Below are positions 1-10,201 of a stretch of 64,000 bases of DNA, piece by piece. Source of the DNA: Candidatus Bathyarchaeota archaeon (GTDB taxonomy: Archaea; Thermoproteota; Bathyarchaeia; Bathyarchaeales; Bathycorpusculaceae). The notes under the pieces were generated by a model that was given only the letters and a program-made list of their open reading frames with translations, was not told the DNA's origin and searched no databases. The position numbers were made by a program, and so were the translations under genes. The stretch's first letter is position 1; every line of letters starts with the position of its first letter. The DNA lies in NCBI GenBank assembly GCA_963811105.1, contig CAWEPZ010000002.1, forward strand, positions 160,001 through 224,000, given 5' to 3'.

Positions 1-65
1 TGCCTCCAGGAGGAATGGGAGGTATGGGCGGCATGGGCGGTATGGGCGGCGGAATGCCCTACTAA
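1..65 (+). CDS. 3' end of group II chaperonin (thermosome) subunit, partial
   Basis: Frame reads ...PPGGMGGMGGMGGMGGGMPY* (stop 63-65), the typical GGM chaperonin tail, followed by a T-rich terminator. Confidence 0.75.
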   Translation, partial: PPGGMGGMGGMGGMGGGMPY

Positions 66-190
66 GCCAAACCTTTCTTCTTTTTTGTTATCTTCAAAAC
101 AAATTTTGCGTTGGATTTTGTTCAGCGTCGTTTTTAAGTAAGCTTATTATTCGAACACATAGACATTATTCGGTATCTTGGAGATCTGCT

Positions 191-928
191 ATGAAGCATG
201 TCAAGGTTACAGCGTTCGATTGTCCAGACGCGTGGTTTAAAGTATTAAACAGCATTTGGAGTGAAGGCGACGCTTTCCAGGTTGGCTACGGCTCGGAAGA
301 GACAGAGACAAAAAAACTCAACTTAACATTAGAAATCAATCATCCTGAAAACCGACCTCTCGTAAGCGACAAAGCACCCTGCGACATGAAGTATGTGCAG
401 TGGTATGCGTTAACGTATCTTTGGTGTGGAGAAGGAAAGCAAGATGAAACTTACACTTATGGTAGCAGGCTTCGTGAACCCGTTGACCAAGTTGAAGAAG
501 CCATCAAAAATTATGTGAAAGAGCAGCGAGATAGGCAAGTTACTATGGTTGTTAGGCTACCTGAAGATATCTACAAAACTAATCCAAAAACAAACGAAAG
601 GCACGAACCGCCCTGCTTAAGCCTAATCGATACAGAAATTTTTGAGAACAAAATTCACCTAACATGTTACTTCCGTTCCTGGGATGCCTACGCAGGCTTA
701 CCAGCTAACATTGCAGGGTTGCAGATGTTTAATGAAGCTTTTGTATCCGAGATTAATGAGCGGAGCAATCTCGGCTTAGAAACTGGCAAATTAATTTTCC
801 ACTCAAAAAACTGCCACATTTATCAGCGACAATTCAAACTTGTCAAGGAACTATTGGGACCTAAGGAAACCTCCAAGAATCTGTCCTCTTCATTTAAGGT
901 AATGAAGGAACTTGAAAAAGAGGAGTAA
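191..928 (+). CDS. thyA: Thymidylate synthase (archaeal ThyA type)
   Basis: YTYGSRL, catalytic PPCL, YFRSWD, ANIAG and HIY motifs. Confidence 0.85.
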   Translation: MKHVKVTAFDCPDAWFKVLNSIWSEGDAFQVGYGSEETETKKLNLTLEINHPENRPLVSDKAPCDMKYVQWYALTYLWCGEGKQDETYTYGSRLREPVDQVEEAIKNYVKEQRDRQVTMVVRLPEDIYKTNPKTNERHEPPCLSLIDTEIFENKIHLTCYFRSWDAYAGLPANIAGLQMFNEAFVSEINERSNLGLETGKLIFHSKNCHIYQRQFKLVKELLGPKETSKNLSSSFKVMKELEKEE

Positions 929-958
929 ATCAGGAAAAGTTTTGAGGCGCTTGAGCGG

Positions 959-2341
959 CTATCTTTTTGTTGGGTAACCAAGGTTTGTCCAGGCAGTTGT
1001 GCCTCCGAGAACGTTGCTTACGCTTTTGAAGCCTGCCCTCTCAAGTAAGCTTGCGGCTATGCTGGAGCGGTTGCCCACTGAACACGTCACCGCTACGGGC
1101 TTGTCTTTTGGAATATTACCCGTTTTTTCGGGTAAGTCAGCGAAAAATATTTGCTTTGAGCCTTCTATGGTGCCTTCTTCTTTCCACTCGCTCGGTTCAC
1201 GCACGTCCAAAAGCATAACTTCATCTTTTTCCAGCTTGCTTTTGAGCTCAAGAACTGAGATTGTGTTTACGTTGGTAATGGGGTTGCCTGCTTCTTGCCA
1301 TTCGTTCATGCCGCCGCACAGGTAACCGCACATATTATCAAAACCTAATCTACGTAGCCGAGGAGTTACAATGTCGATGTCACTTGGTCGTTCAAGAACA
1401 AAAACGATGTATTGTTCGGGGTCTAGCAGCCAACCTGTGTAAACACTGGTTCCGCCAAGCCACATGCTCAGCGAATTAGGAATATGCGAACCTGCAAAAG
1501 CGTAAGGCATCCGAGTATCCATTACTATTACTTTTGACTCTTGCATTTCTTCCTCAAAAGCCTCCAGAGAAAGCGCAGATGGATAAGACAACTCACTAAG
1601 CAAAGTAGGCCCGTTCAGATTATAATCTTCCATCTTGCGGAAGTACCGCGGTACAACCAACTCTTCATTACAAGATTTTTGAACAAAGTCTTCTTTGTTT
1701 GGCTGTAAGTACGGGTTGGTTTTTTTCTCATAGCCAATAGTGGTTGGTTCCTGCCCGCTTATGTCGTGTCCGCAAACGCTTCCTGCACCATGTCCTGGGT
1801 AAACAAGAACGTGGTCACCAAGATTCAGCAACTTTTCGTGGAGGCTGCTGTAGAGTTTTTCTGCCTGCTCTGGTTGTGCTGTCTTGCCGTACAGGTCTGT
1901 TCTTCCCACAGAACCAGCGAAAAGCGTATCACCGCTAAAAACTATCAATGCCTCTTTACTGCCAGAAGAATAGACAACGTAGCATAGGGATTCATCTGTG
2001 TGCCCTGGCGTGTAGAGGGCTCTGATTTTAGTGCTGCCGAGGTTTAATGCGTCGCCGTCGGTTAAGTTGTGTTCTCCATATTTGAAAGCTAAGGCGTTGC
2101 TGTGGCCGATTTCGGCTTCGGTCATGTTTTGCAGTTCCAATGAGCCTACCACGTAGTCTTCGTTCCTATGTGTTTCCAAAATGTACTTAATACGTGCGCA
2201 CTCTTTTTCCGCAAACTTAGTGTAGATTTCGCAATCTCGGCGAGGATCAATAACAATGGCTTCGCCTTGATCCGACAGATAATAGCTGTTGTGGGCTAAG
2301 CCTTCCGACTTGACTATTTCAATCTTCATTTTTTCAGCCAA
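959..2341 (-). CDS. MBL-fold metallo-hydrolase with two rhodanese domains (persulfide dioxygenase/sulfurtransferase-like)
   Basis: ETHRNEDY, TPGHT, GDTLF and PGHGAGS motifs; rhodanese DVREPSEW and CSVGNRS. Confidence 0.9.
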   Translation of the reverse strand: MAEKMKIEIVKSEGLAHNSYYLSDQGEAIVIDPRRDCEIYTKFAEKECARIKYILETHRNEDYVVGSLELQNMTEAEIGHSNALAFKYGEHNLTDGDALNLGSTKIRALYTPGHTDESLCYVVYSSGSKEALIVFSGDTLFAGSVGRTDLYGKTAQPEQAEKLYSSLHEKLLNLGDHVLVYPGHGAGSVCGHDISGQEPTTIGYEKKTNPYLQPNKEDFVQKSCNEELVVPRYFRKMEDYNLNGPTLLSELSYPSALSLEAFEEEMQESKVIVMDTRMPYAFAGSHIPNSLSMWLGGTSVYTGWLLDPEQYIVFVLERPSDIDIVTPRLRRLGFDNMCGYLCGGMNEWQEAGNPITNVNTISVLELKSKLEKDEVMLLDVREPSEWKEEGTIEGSKQIFFADLPEKTGNIPKDKPVAVTCSVGNRSSIAASLLERAGFKSVSNVLGGTTAWTNLGYPTKR

Positions 2342-2440
2342 ATTACCTATACACTAATACAGAAAAGATTTAATGATTTATTCCTTTCCAAGATCAACAT
2401 TTATAGCCTCTAAAGCTTAACTAGAACGATAGGGAAAAAC

Positions 2441-2956
2441 ATGGGTCACAACGCAACATGGAAAGTTCTTGAACAATTAATGCTAGACCTGAGAAAAAAA
2501 GGTGCAGCCATACCGCCAAATATTATTAACGACTTAAGAAGCGCAAAACTAATGATAAAGATTTCAGAATCAGGGAGCATCGAAGGTGAATCAGCGCCTA
2601 AAGTAGATGAATTCCTCGGAAACGTTGAATCAAAACTGCTGGCGGAAGCCCAAAAAACCTTCGGCGAAGAATACGTTGACCAATGGCTTAGACGTTTAGA
2701 CGCAGCCAATGTTCAATGCGAGGTATGCGAGGAAAAATCGGAAGACAACAAATTCATAACTGCCGTCCCCAGAGACCAGAAATGGGTTAGAGTTGAACCC
2801 AACGGCAAGCTCACTTCCGAACGGCTAAAACTTATCGCCAATCAAAGCAAACTCTCGGTAAATCCGCAGAAGGACGGTCGGCTAGTGGTTTTTGGTCAAC
2901 AGGAAGACATCAAAGAATTCCTCAAAAAAATGACTGCAGAAACGGCCAAAAAATAG
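2441..2956 (+). CDS. DUF2096-like conserved archaeal protein
   Basis: W-x-VL..L..DL, DLRSAK and VES.L pattern typical of DUF2096. Confidence 0.65.
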   Translation: MGHNATWKVLEQLMLDLRKKGAAIPPNIINDLRSAKLMIKISESGSIEGESAPKVDEFLGNVESKLLAEAQKTFGEEYVDQWLRRLDAANVQCEVCEEKSEDNKFITAVPRDQKWVRVEPNGKLTSERLKLIANQSKLSVNPQKDGRLVVFGQQEDIKEFLKKMTAETAKK

Positions 2957-3115
2957 ATTTCGATAGTTTGCCCAACTGGTGAGATAGGCTGAAACTTGTT
3001 TTGAGGCATTATCTTACTACTTTTACTCAAGCAATAACTAAAAATCATTGTAAAAGAGTTAAATTATACTAATGTTTTTTATTGAAGCTATAATATTTAT
3101 AAATAGTGAATAATT

Positions 3116-3361
3116 ATGAAGTTTGCTGAAATCGCTATTTTGCTGAGGGAAATTGTTGACAGGTGTCCAGGTTTAGATGGAAGCACCATCACATTGATAC
3201 CGCAGAAAGCCATGTATCCATTGTTCAAAGGATACCACATTAACATTAAGGCAAATATTTCTAAGGAAAGTATGGGTAACTTAAGAAAGATAGTTGAAGG
3301 ACACGACCTTGTTATGCAAATAAAGACTGATTCAATAACAGTCTACGAAACCAGATCCTGA
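3116..3361 (+). CDS. Small hypothetical protein
   Basis: 81-aa ORF with ATG after an AT-rich TATA-like region. Confidence 0.6.
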   Translation: MKFAEIAILLREIVDRCPGLDGSTITLIPQKAMYPLFKGYHINIKANISKESMGNLRKIVEGHDLVMQIKTDSITVYETRS

Positions 3362-3432
3362 TCACTTTTTTGACTAGTTACTTGTTTTCACCGGTTTTGA
3401 TTTCGATATGTTTTTTACAATAAATCGCTAGT

Positions 3433-4692
3433 GTGCTGTGTGGGACCGTTTTGGTGAAACTGAAAGGATTTCAAAAATTAACATTAATAGATCAAGCGTT
3501 GCAGAGCTGGCTAGCAGCATTGCAAATTGGGGCGCCTAAAGCGGAGACAGTGCCTTTGCAAGTTGCATTAGCGCGTGTTTTAGCTGAAGATTTATTTGCG
3601 CAAGATGATTTGCCAAGGTTTGATAAGTCAGCAGTTGATGGATATGCATTAAAATCCGCTGATTCTGTTGGTGCTTCACAATTCAAACCAGCAACTTTTC
3701 AATTGACGGAAAACCGAGCAATAAGCGACAACCAGGCTAAGCAAGTCTGGACTGGAAACCCCATCCCGATGGGTGCAGATGCAGTAGTTATGCTTGAAAA
3801 CACTGAGAAGCATGAGCGGAAACTGGAAGTTTGGAGTCAACTTGCGCCGGGCGACAACATTTCCAAAAAAGGTGAAGACATCAAAAAAGGCGATATCATT
3901 GCTAAGGCTGGCATTCGCTTGAGCCCTTACCACATTGGATTAGCCGCCGCATCAGGCTATAGCCAACTATCAGTTACCCAAAAACCGAATATTGGCATTT
4001 TAGCCACGGGAAACGAACTTACAGAAATAGGCACTTCACTGTCTGGAAACCTAATTTATGACTCCAACAAAATCATGATTTCGGCTATGTGCAGAGAACT
4101 TGGCGCAGAAACAACCGATTTTGGCATAGCCAAAGATGATGTGGATGAAATCGCAGAGAAAATCCAAAGAGCCCTGAAAAACAATGACGCAGTAATTACT
4201 ACTGGCGGGACAAGCGTCGGTGGATTAGACTTAGTGCCTGATGCAGTTAACAAGATTGGAAAACCAGGAGTGATAATTCATGGAGTTGCATTGCGACCAG
4301 CGATGCCCACTGCACTTGCGGTTCTGGAAGGAAAAAAGGTTTTGATTTTGTCAGGTAACCCGGTTGCGTCAATTATTGGTTTTGAAGTTTTCGGTAGACC
4401 AATGGTTTGTAGCCTGCTTGGAATGAGTAAAACAGAGCCTAGACCAATGTTGAAGGCTGTATTGTCAAGAAGGGTTGTTAGTGCATTGGGCAGGAAAACC
4501 TACGTGCGTGTTTATGTCATTTTGAAGAACGGTGAGTTTTATGCTGAGCCAGTTAGTGCGAAAGGTTCAGGAGCTATATCTACGATGACGCAGAGCAACG
4601 GTTTTCTGATTGTTGATGAAAACCGAGAGGGTGTAAGCGAAGGCGAAACCGTCTTGGTTCACATGTTTGGTAATTTGAAGGTTGAGGACTAA
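3433..4692 (+). CDS. moeA: Molybdopterin molybdotransferase MoeA (probable start ~3454)
   Basis: PRFDKSAVDGYA, TGNPIP.GADAVVM.E, TGNEL, TTGGTSVG and LSGNP motifs. Confidence 0.93.
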   Translation: MLCGTVLVKLKGFQKLTLIDQALQSWLAALQIGAPKAETVPLQVALARVLAEDLFAQDDLPRFDKSAVDGYALKSADSVGASQFKPATFQLTENRAISDNQAKQVWTGNPIPMGADAVVMLENTEKHERKLEVWSQLAPGDNISKKGEDIKKGDIIAKAGIRLSPYHIGLAAASGYSQLSVTQKPNIGILATGNELTEIGTSLSGNLIYDSNKIMISAMCRELGAETTDFGIAKDDVDEIAEKIQRALKNNDAVITTGGTSVGGLDLVPDAVNKIGKPGVIIHGVALRPAMPTALAVLEGKKVLILSGNPVASIIGFEVFGRPMVCSLLGMSKTEPRPMLKAVLSRRVVSALGRKTYVRVYVILKNGEFYAEPVSAKGSGAISTMTQSNGFLIVDENREGVSEGETVLVHMFGNLKVED

Positions 4693-4693
4693 G

Positions 4694-5944
4694 ATGTTTA
4701 GGAAGCTCATGACGTTTGAAGAAGCACAAAAAACTATTGAAAAGCAGTTTAAACCTGCATTTGTTGGCGAAGAAGAAGCTGTACTGCTTGAAGCTTACAA
4801 TCGAGTTCTAAACGAAGACGTAATTTCATCAATTGACATTCCACCGTTTAACCGTTCAACCGTTGACGGATACGCTGTGAAAGCGGAGGAGACTTTTGGT
4901 GCAGAAGAAAATCAACCTGTCACTTTGAAGGTTTCTGGCGCCGTTAATGTTGGTGAAAAGCCAAAAGTTGTCTTAGAGAAGGGTGAAACAGTTGAAATTG
5001 TTACTGGTGCACCCATGCCTGAAGGAGCAAATGCTGTAGTTATGGTTGAGGATACCGAAAGAGAAGATGATATCTTGCGTGTCTTCAATGCCGTAACCGT
5101 GAATGAAAATGTTATGCAGAAAGGATCAGATATAAGGAAAGGCGTAACTGTCCTAAAAAAAGGGCAGGTTTTGGGATCTTCAGAGATTGGTGTTTTGGCA
5201 GCTTTAGGTTTGACGACTTCTAAAGTACTAAAAATCCCCATTGTTGCTGTTTTGTCTACCGGCGGGGAAATAACTGAACCAGGTAAACCCCTGCCTGAAG
5301 GAAAAATCTATGATATTAACGCTTACAGCATAAGCACAGCAGTCATAGAAAGCGGTGGAAAACCTGTCTATTTCGGAGTTGTTCCAGACGACAAAGAAGC
5401 CTTATCCAAAGTTTTGCAAACTGCTGTAGCCTCAGCAGATATGGTGATCACCTCAGGCGGAGTCTCCGTTGGTCCACGGGATTATACCCCTCAGATTGTG
5501 GATTCGCTGGGAAAGCCCGGAATTGTTGTATACGGTATCGCTGTTAAGCCTGGGAAACCGACGACTGTCGGGTTTGTTGGAGATAAACCTGTGTTTTCTC
5601 TGCCGGGTCATCCCACGTCTGCGCTGTTGATTTTTTACTTGCTTGCTAGGCCCTTGCTTCAGCGGTTAGCTGGCAGACCTGTGATTGGCATGAAGATAGT
5701 TAGGGCATTTGCTGGTGCTCGGCTTTTTAGTGCTAAAGGCAGGCGAACGTTTGTTATGGTTAAGTTAGAATTTGAAAAAGATTCCAGGTTGATTGCTCAA
5801 CCCGTTGAAACAGGCGCTTCTGGAGCAATTACCACTTTGGTTAAAGCTGATGGGTTTGTTGAAATTCCAGAAAATGAACAATTCGTTGATGAAGATCAAG
5901 AGGTTGCTGTTTTGCTTTTCCGAAGCGTCCAACGTTTAGCTTAA
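4694..5944 (+). CDS. moeA: Molybdopterin molybdotransferase MoeA, second paralogue
   Basis: PPFNRSTVDGYA, TGAPMPEGANAVVMVE, SGGVSVG, KPGKPT and LPGHP motifs; tandem with the first moeA. Confidence 0.93.
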   Translation: MFRKLMTFEEAQKTIEKQFKPAFVGEEEAVLLEAYNRVLNEDVISSIDIPPFNRSTVDGYAVKAEETFGAEENQPVTLKVSGAVNVGEKPKVVLEKGETVEIVTGAPMPEGANAVVMVEDTEREDDILRVFNAVTVNENVMQKGSDIRKGVTVLKKGQVLGSSEIGVLAALGLTTSKVLKIPIVAVLSTGGEITEPGKPLPEGKIYDINAYSISTAVIESGGKPVYFGVVPDDKEALSKVLQTAVASADMVITSGGVSVGPRDYTPQIVDSLGKPGIVVYGIAVKPGKPTTVGFVGDKPVFSLPGHPTSALLIFYLLARPLLQRLAGRPVIGMKIVRAFAGARLFSAKGRRTFVMVKLEFEKDSRLIAQPVETGASGAITTLVKADGFVEIPENEQFVDEDQEVAVLLFRSVQRLA

Positions 5945-6298
5945 GGTCTCAGTTGGTTTTCTTTTCAATAGATTATAGTATGCGAATACCCAAGTGAGGG
6001 CGGTGTACGCAATCATTTCTATGACTATTGGTATGTTGCTGAATCCTATTGCGATCAATGTGTAAATTGAAAATGTTGATGCTCCAACAAACAGTATGAA
6101 CAATAGCCATGGTGCCCATTTTCTTTTTGTTAAGACACCGTAAGCTGTGATTAAACTGAGGATTCCTATGAAACCTACTTGAGGCGGGAAACCAGTTAAG
6201 AACAGAAATACCAGTAGGATTATTCCGCTGACGGCATAGAAGCCTGTGGATGTGAGTTCTATTCGGTTGTAACTTTTCAGTTTAGATGCTATGGACAT
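5936..6298 (-). CDS. Small 4-TM membrane protein
   Basis: Four hydrophobic segments in 120 aa. Confidence 0.7.
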   Translation of the reverse strand: MSIASKLKSYNRIELTSTGFYAVSGIILLVFLFLTGFPPQVGFIGILSLITAYGVLTKRKWAPWLLFILFVGASTFSIYTLIAIGFSNIPIVIEMIAYTALTWVFAYYNLLKRKPTETLS

Positions 6299-6392
6299 TT
6301 ATGCTCGCCTTTACCCTATGCAGTAGGGGTTTAACTAATAAGTTTTTGGAGTTTGGCTCCAGTAATCTAAATCTATTAAGGAGGGTTATCTA

Positions 6393-6560
6393 ATGACTTC
6401 CACAATGGTGGATTTAGGGCTTAATGCAATAACGATTTCAACCTTTGAAGATGTGGAAGCCAAGAAACTTGATCTAAACAAAACCGTTGATGAATTAGCT
6501 AAAGCTTATGAGAAAAAAGACTTAGAAAGAATTTTAAAAGAAAATGGAAACGGTGAGTAA
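6393..6560 (+). CDS. Small hypothetical protein (55 aa, below the ORF-track cutoff)
   Basis: ATG preceded by aggaggg; reads MTSTMVDLGL...KENGNGE*. Confidence 0.35.
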   Translation: MTSTMVDLGLNAITISTFEDVEAKKLDLNKTVDELAKAYEKKDLERILKENGNGE

Positions 6561-7251
6561 TCTCACCTTGTTTATCATTTTTGTGACTTCAATGACTTTA
6601 TATGTGCAAGAGAATACAAAACAAGTCCTCCAGTCTTTTATCTAAATACGACTTCGATCTTTTTCGGTCAATCATTGCATTCTAAAGCGACTAAAGCAAA
6701 AAACCTGTTATCTAAACATTATTGGATGAACACTCCATTAATGCAAAGTTCTTAACCATATATTTTCCCAAACCTTAACCGATCAACTACACGGACATCC
6801 AACCCCACCCATGCAACAATCCGAACACCCATAACTAACCCCAATACACCAAATCAAACCCAACACAGACCCCATTACCCCCGATGGATCAGAATCCGCG
6901 AGAAGTAACCCGAAAACAATACCCATTTTATGTAGCTATAGGTGAATGTTTGGTTTTCTAAGGAGATTGGGATTAAAGCTTGCAACTACTGGCTCCTTCA
7001 GCATATTCATGACTTGCTGTCTATCCGAGTGTACGTTCTCTATCTCCCCATAATGATTAAACGGAGTACCTAACCGTCTAAGGGGGGACACCCACAGTTT
7101 TCCCCTTTTTGAAAAACAATGAGACTTTTTCTCTCGCCTTCTCAAATTCCAAAAATCTTCCGCAAATAGCAAATAGTAGGAAACAAGTATAGCATATGGT
7201 TAGCTGATAATAGATTGGGGGTAAGCTTAGCCAAGAAGGGAAAATGAAACA

Positions 7252-9000
7252 ATGAGAATTATTCCTACAATTCTACTTCTGGTCTTACTGTTAATATCAA
7301 GTATGGGATTAGTACAATGTTGGAGTAATGGTGGTTACTCTACTGATGACCCGTCAAACCCAAAGTATGGGACACATGATTGGATTGCTCAACATGCCTT
7401 AGATTGGCTGCCAAACCAAGAGAAACAGTACATAACAGATAATCTTGCAGCTTACCTTTATGGAACGGAGCTCCCAGACAACAACGATGCTTTAGCTCCA
7501 GGACACATAGGCGATACTTCAAAACACCATATATATTTTTATTCAAACGGGACATTGCAGGATGACAGCGCTGCAGTTAGGGCATCAACTGAATACCAAA
7601 CAGCACTAAACTTACTCAACTCAGGAAACTATTCAGGCGCTGCGGAAACTGCTGGAACAATGAGCCACTACATCGCTGATGTGGCAGTGTGGGCTCACGT
7701 TATGGGTGCAACCACGGACTGGGGTGCTGAACCAGATAACGTTCATTCGAACTATGAGTCTTATGTTAACACGAGAACATCAAGCTACATAGATACCTAC
7801 AACAGCTATTTAGTCTATGATGGCAGCCTTGTTAACTTGTCTGCATATAATGCAGCGATAAACCTTGCCAACGATAGCACCTTTGACCATGGTGGAATCT
7901 ACACTTGCGTTTGGATGAACAATAGCTATAGCACATCTAACCCTACTTACTGGAACCGTGCTGGAGAATCACTTAACCTTGCAGTAAATGCCCTTGCAGA
8001 CGTCCTTCACACTCTCTACATTAACTCTATCGCTCAACCAACGCCCTCTCCAACGCCTTCACCTACGCCTACAGCATCACCAACAACAACTCCGAGCCCT
8101 CCTCCTCCTACCCCAACAGCAACAGACCATATAGTAATCAATGAAATGGAACAAAACCCTCCTGGAACCGATGCTGGAAACGAATATATTGAACTTTATA
8201 ACCCCACCGCAAACAGCGTAGATATAAGCGGTTGGACTGTATCCACTACAGCTGGAGACATTGTTACCCTGACAATTTCGTCAGGAACAATAATTCAATC
8301 TAATGGATATTATTTGGTGGTGTCTGGTTCACAATGGTTAGATAACCAAGGTGAATCTGCCATTTTAAGAGGTTTTAGTGGGACTGAAGTAGACCGAACT
8401 CCTTCTTTTAGTGATACGTATGATGACAGCAGGAGTTGGCAGAGATATCCAAATGGTCAAGATACAGATTTAGCAGCCGATTGGGCGTTCTTGTCATCTA
8501 CAAAAGGAGCTTCTAACGGCGGGATACCAATTCCAACACCTTCGCCTACTCCGACAGCGACTCCAACTCATACACCTACTCCAACTCCAAGTCCTACGCA
8601 AACGCCAACCCCAAGTCCTACTCCTTCACCTTCTCCGACTCCAACTCCTTCACCTTCTCCGACTCCAACTCCTTCACCTTCTCCGACTCCAACCCCTTCA
8701 CCTACACCAACAGCGACTCCAACACCTACCCCAACGCCAACACCCACAGCAACTCTTGCACCTACCAATGCACCTACACAAGCACCAATAGCAACGGCTT
8801 CACCAACTCCACACGCAATCTCAACACCAACACAAGCTCCGACAGCTACGCCTTCTTCTTCCTCGAACCCAACTCCTACGCCCACAGTTCCAGAGATTCC
8901 AACTTTAATTCTGTCACTTTTTGCAGTAGCAATTCTTCTATCCGTTGTATTTATCAAAAAGAAAACTACAAAAAAAGCACCCATCCTTCTGTTTTTTTAA
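7252..9000 (+). CDS. Secreted Zn-dependent phospholipase C/S1-P1 nuclease-fold protein with lamin-tail domain, Pro/Thr linker and PEF-CTERM-like anchor
   Basis: Signal peptide then W...THDWIA, ELPDN, SHYIAD...AH, HSNYE; LTD motif [12 protein letters not shown]...EYIELYNP; C-terminal VPEIP + TM + KKK. Confidence 0.8.
   Translation: MRIIPTILLLVLLLISSMGLVQCWSNGGYSTDDPSNPKYGTHDWIAQHALDWLPNQEKQYITDNLAAYLYGTELPDNNDALAPGHIGDTSKHHIYFYSNGTLQDDSAAVRASTEYQTALNLLNSGNYSGAAETAGTMSHYIADVAVWAHVMGATTDWGAEPDNVHSNYESYVNTRTSSYIDTYNSYLVYDGSLVNLSAYNAAINLANDSTFDHGGIYTCVWMNNSYSTSNPTYWNRAGESLNLAVNALADVLHTLYINSIAQPTPSPTPSPTPTASPTTTPSPPPPTPTATDHIVINEMEQNPPGTDAGNEYIELYNPTANSVDISGWTVSTTAGDIVTLTISSGTIIQSNGYYLVVSGSQWLDNQGESAILRGFSGTEVDRTPSFSDTYDDSRSWQRYPNGQDTDLAADWAFLSSTKGASNGGIPIPTPSPTPTATPTHTPTPTPSPTQTPTPSPTPSPSPTPTPSPSPTPTPSPSPTPTPSPTPTATPTPTPTPTPTATLAPTNAPTQAPIATASPTPHAISTPTQAPTATPSSSSNPTPTPTVPEIPTLILSLFAVAILLSVVFIKKKTTKKAPILLFF
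8623..8703 (+). repeat. 24-bp tandem repeat (x3.4) encoding PSPSPTPT
   Basis: ccttcaccttctccgactccaact repeated at 8623, 8647 and 8671, within a longer PT-rich linker. Confidence 0.9.
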
Positions 9001-9577
9001 CTTTTTCAAGCCTTTTCTTTTTTTAATAGTGATCAACGTTATAATTGGAATGCTTGAATATGAAATGATATTATGTCAATCGCATTTGGACAGCACTATT
9101 ATAGCGGTTATTGTTTCAGCGATTATTTCCGTGGCAGTACTATTAGTTTCAAACTATTTTATCCAACCCAGAGGGTTTAGATATAACTTGATGGTTGAAA
9201 ATTTAGAGAAAAGGCTCGAAGTATATGGAACATTAATTACCATTATTGATTCTATGCAAGCAAAAAGACAACGTTTTCCAGCAGATAAAATTCCTGAAGA
9301 AGCGAAAAAATTTGCTTACGAAATGGAAAGTCCATTTGATTATAATCGACTCTTGGCGATCTTAGAAAAGAAGAATTATCTTTTTTCAAAAGAAATATCA
9401 CGCTTATGGTTTAAAGTGTTAAAGGAAGATGGTAATTTTCTTATTTTTTCATCCTTGAAGAAACCTGACAATCTAATATCTGTTGACTTCAAAGAAATGC
9501 AAGAGAAAGCTAAAATGGAATATTCAGAATTAAAAGCACAATATGAAAAGCTAACTTGTGTTAAATTGCCTAACTAA
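8945..9577 (+). CDS. Hypothetical membrane-anchored protein (true start probably ~9065-9085)
   Basis: N-terminal [19 protein letters not shown] followed by a helical soluble region. Confidence 0.6.
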   Translation: MYLSKRKLQKKHPSFCFFNFFKPFLFLIVINVIIGMLEYEMILCQSHLDSTIIAVIVSAIISVAVLLVSNYFIQPRGFRYNLMVENLEKRLEVYGTLITIIDSMQAKRQRFPADKIPEEAKKFAYEMESPFDYNRLLAILEKKNYLFSKEISRLWFKVLKEDGNFLIFSSLKKPDNLISVDFKEMQEKAKMEYSELKAQYEKLTCVKLPN

Positions 9578-10201
9578 TGGTTAAAAATAATAACCCCCCT
9601 AAACTAAGCCCAATAACGCAGAATCAACAATATTGACGTTTATTACCTAAAATAGTGAGAGTGTTATGCCAGAATTGCCTTCCAAACTGTAAAACTTGCG
9701 GAATTAGTGAATAGGGCTTAAAATAGGCTTATTTTTACAACTTCCTGTGGCTTAAACCTTCGATTTTTAGCGGGGCGGTTTGAATCCGTGCCTAAAAAGC
9801 CGATGCCACACAGCGCACATAGTCTATAATATATGCAAGTGGAATCCGCATGTTTCTTTGCTTCTTTCGCAATTCGAGAAGAAATCCATGAAAAAAAGCG
9901 TGACAGTGTCTTGTCATGGTGTCAAATACTTACATTGAAAACCACTCGAAAAAGTTTTTGAAGATCACGAATTTTGAATCTTGGATTCATCTTGTTTGCA
10001 ATGTTTCCTTCAGCATTTTGCGCGCTTGAATCTTAATTCCGCCACTTGGTTTAATTGGGGTATTATCATATTGTGTCCAAAACAATATTTTTGATTAGCT
10101 TTGGATTGGGATGGTTGAATCCTTTTTGAATACGCCTAAGTGACTATTGTTAATATTTTATAAGCTAATAGAGACAATAACAATGTTTTGAATGCGAGGA
10201 T

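Noticed and set aside
6936-7172. 78-aa minus-strand ORF
   Set aside because: Non-ATG start, no motif, and it lies in a degenerate spacer
8540-8880. Possible CRISPR array
   Set aside because: Repeats are contiguous, in frame and coding, with no unique spacers; no cas genes in the window
8568-8984. GV-rich ORF on the minus strand
   Set aside because: Antisense shadow of the Pro/Thr linker
9568-9810. Integron attC sites in the island
   Set aside because: GCCTAAC at 9568 has no properly spaced GTTRRRY partner, the 9746-9810 hairpin lacks R boxes, and no IntI is present
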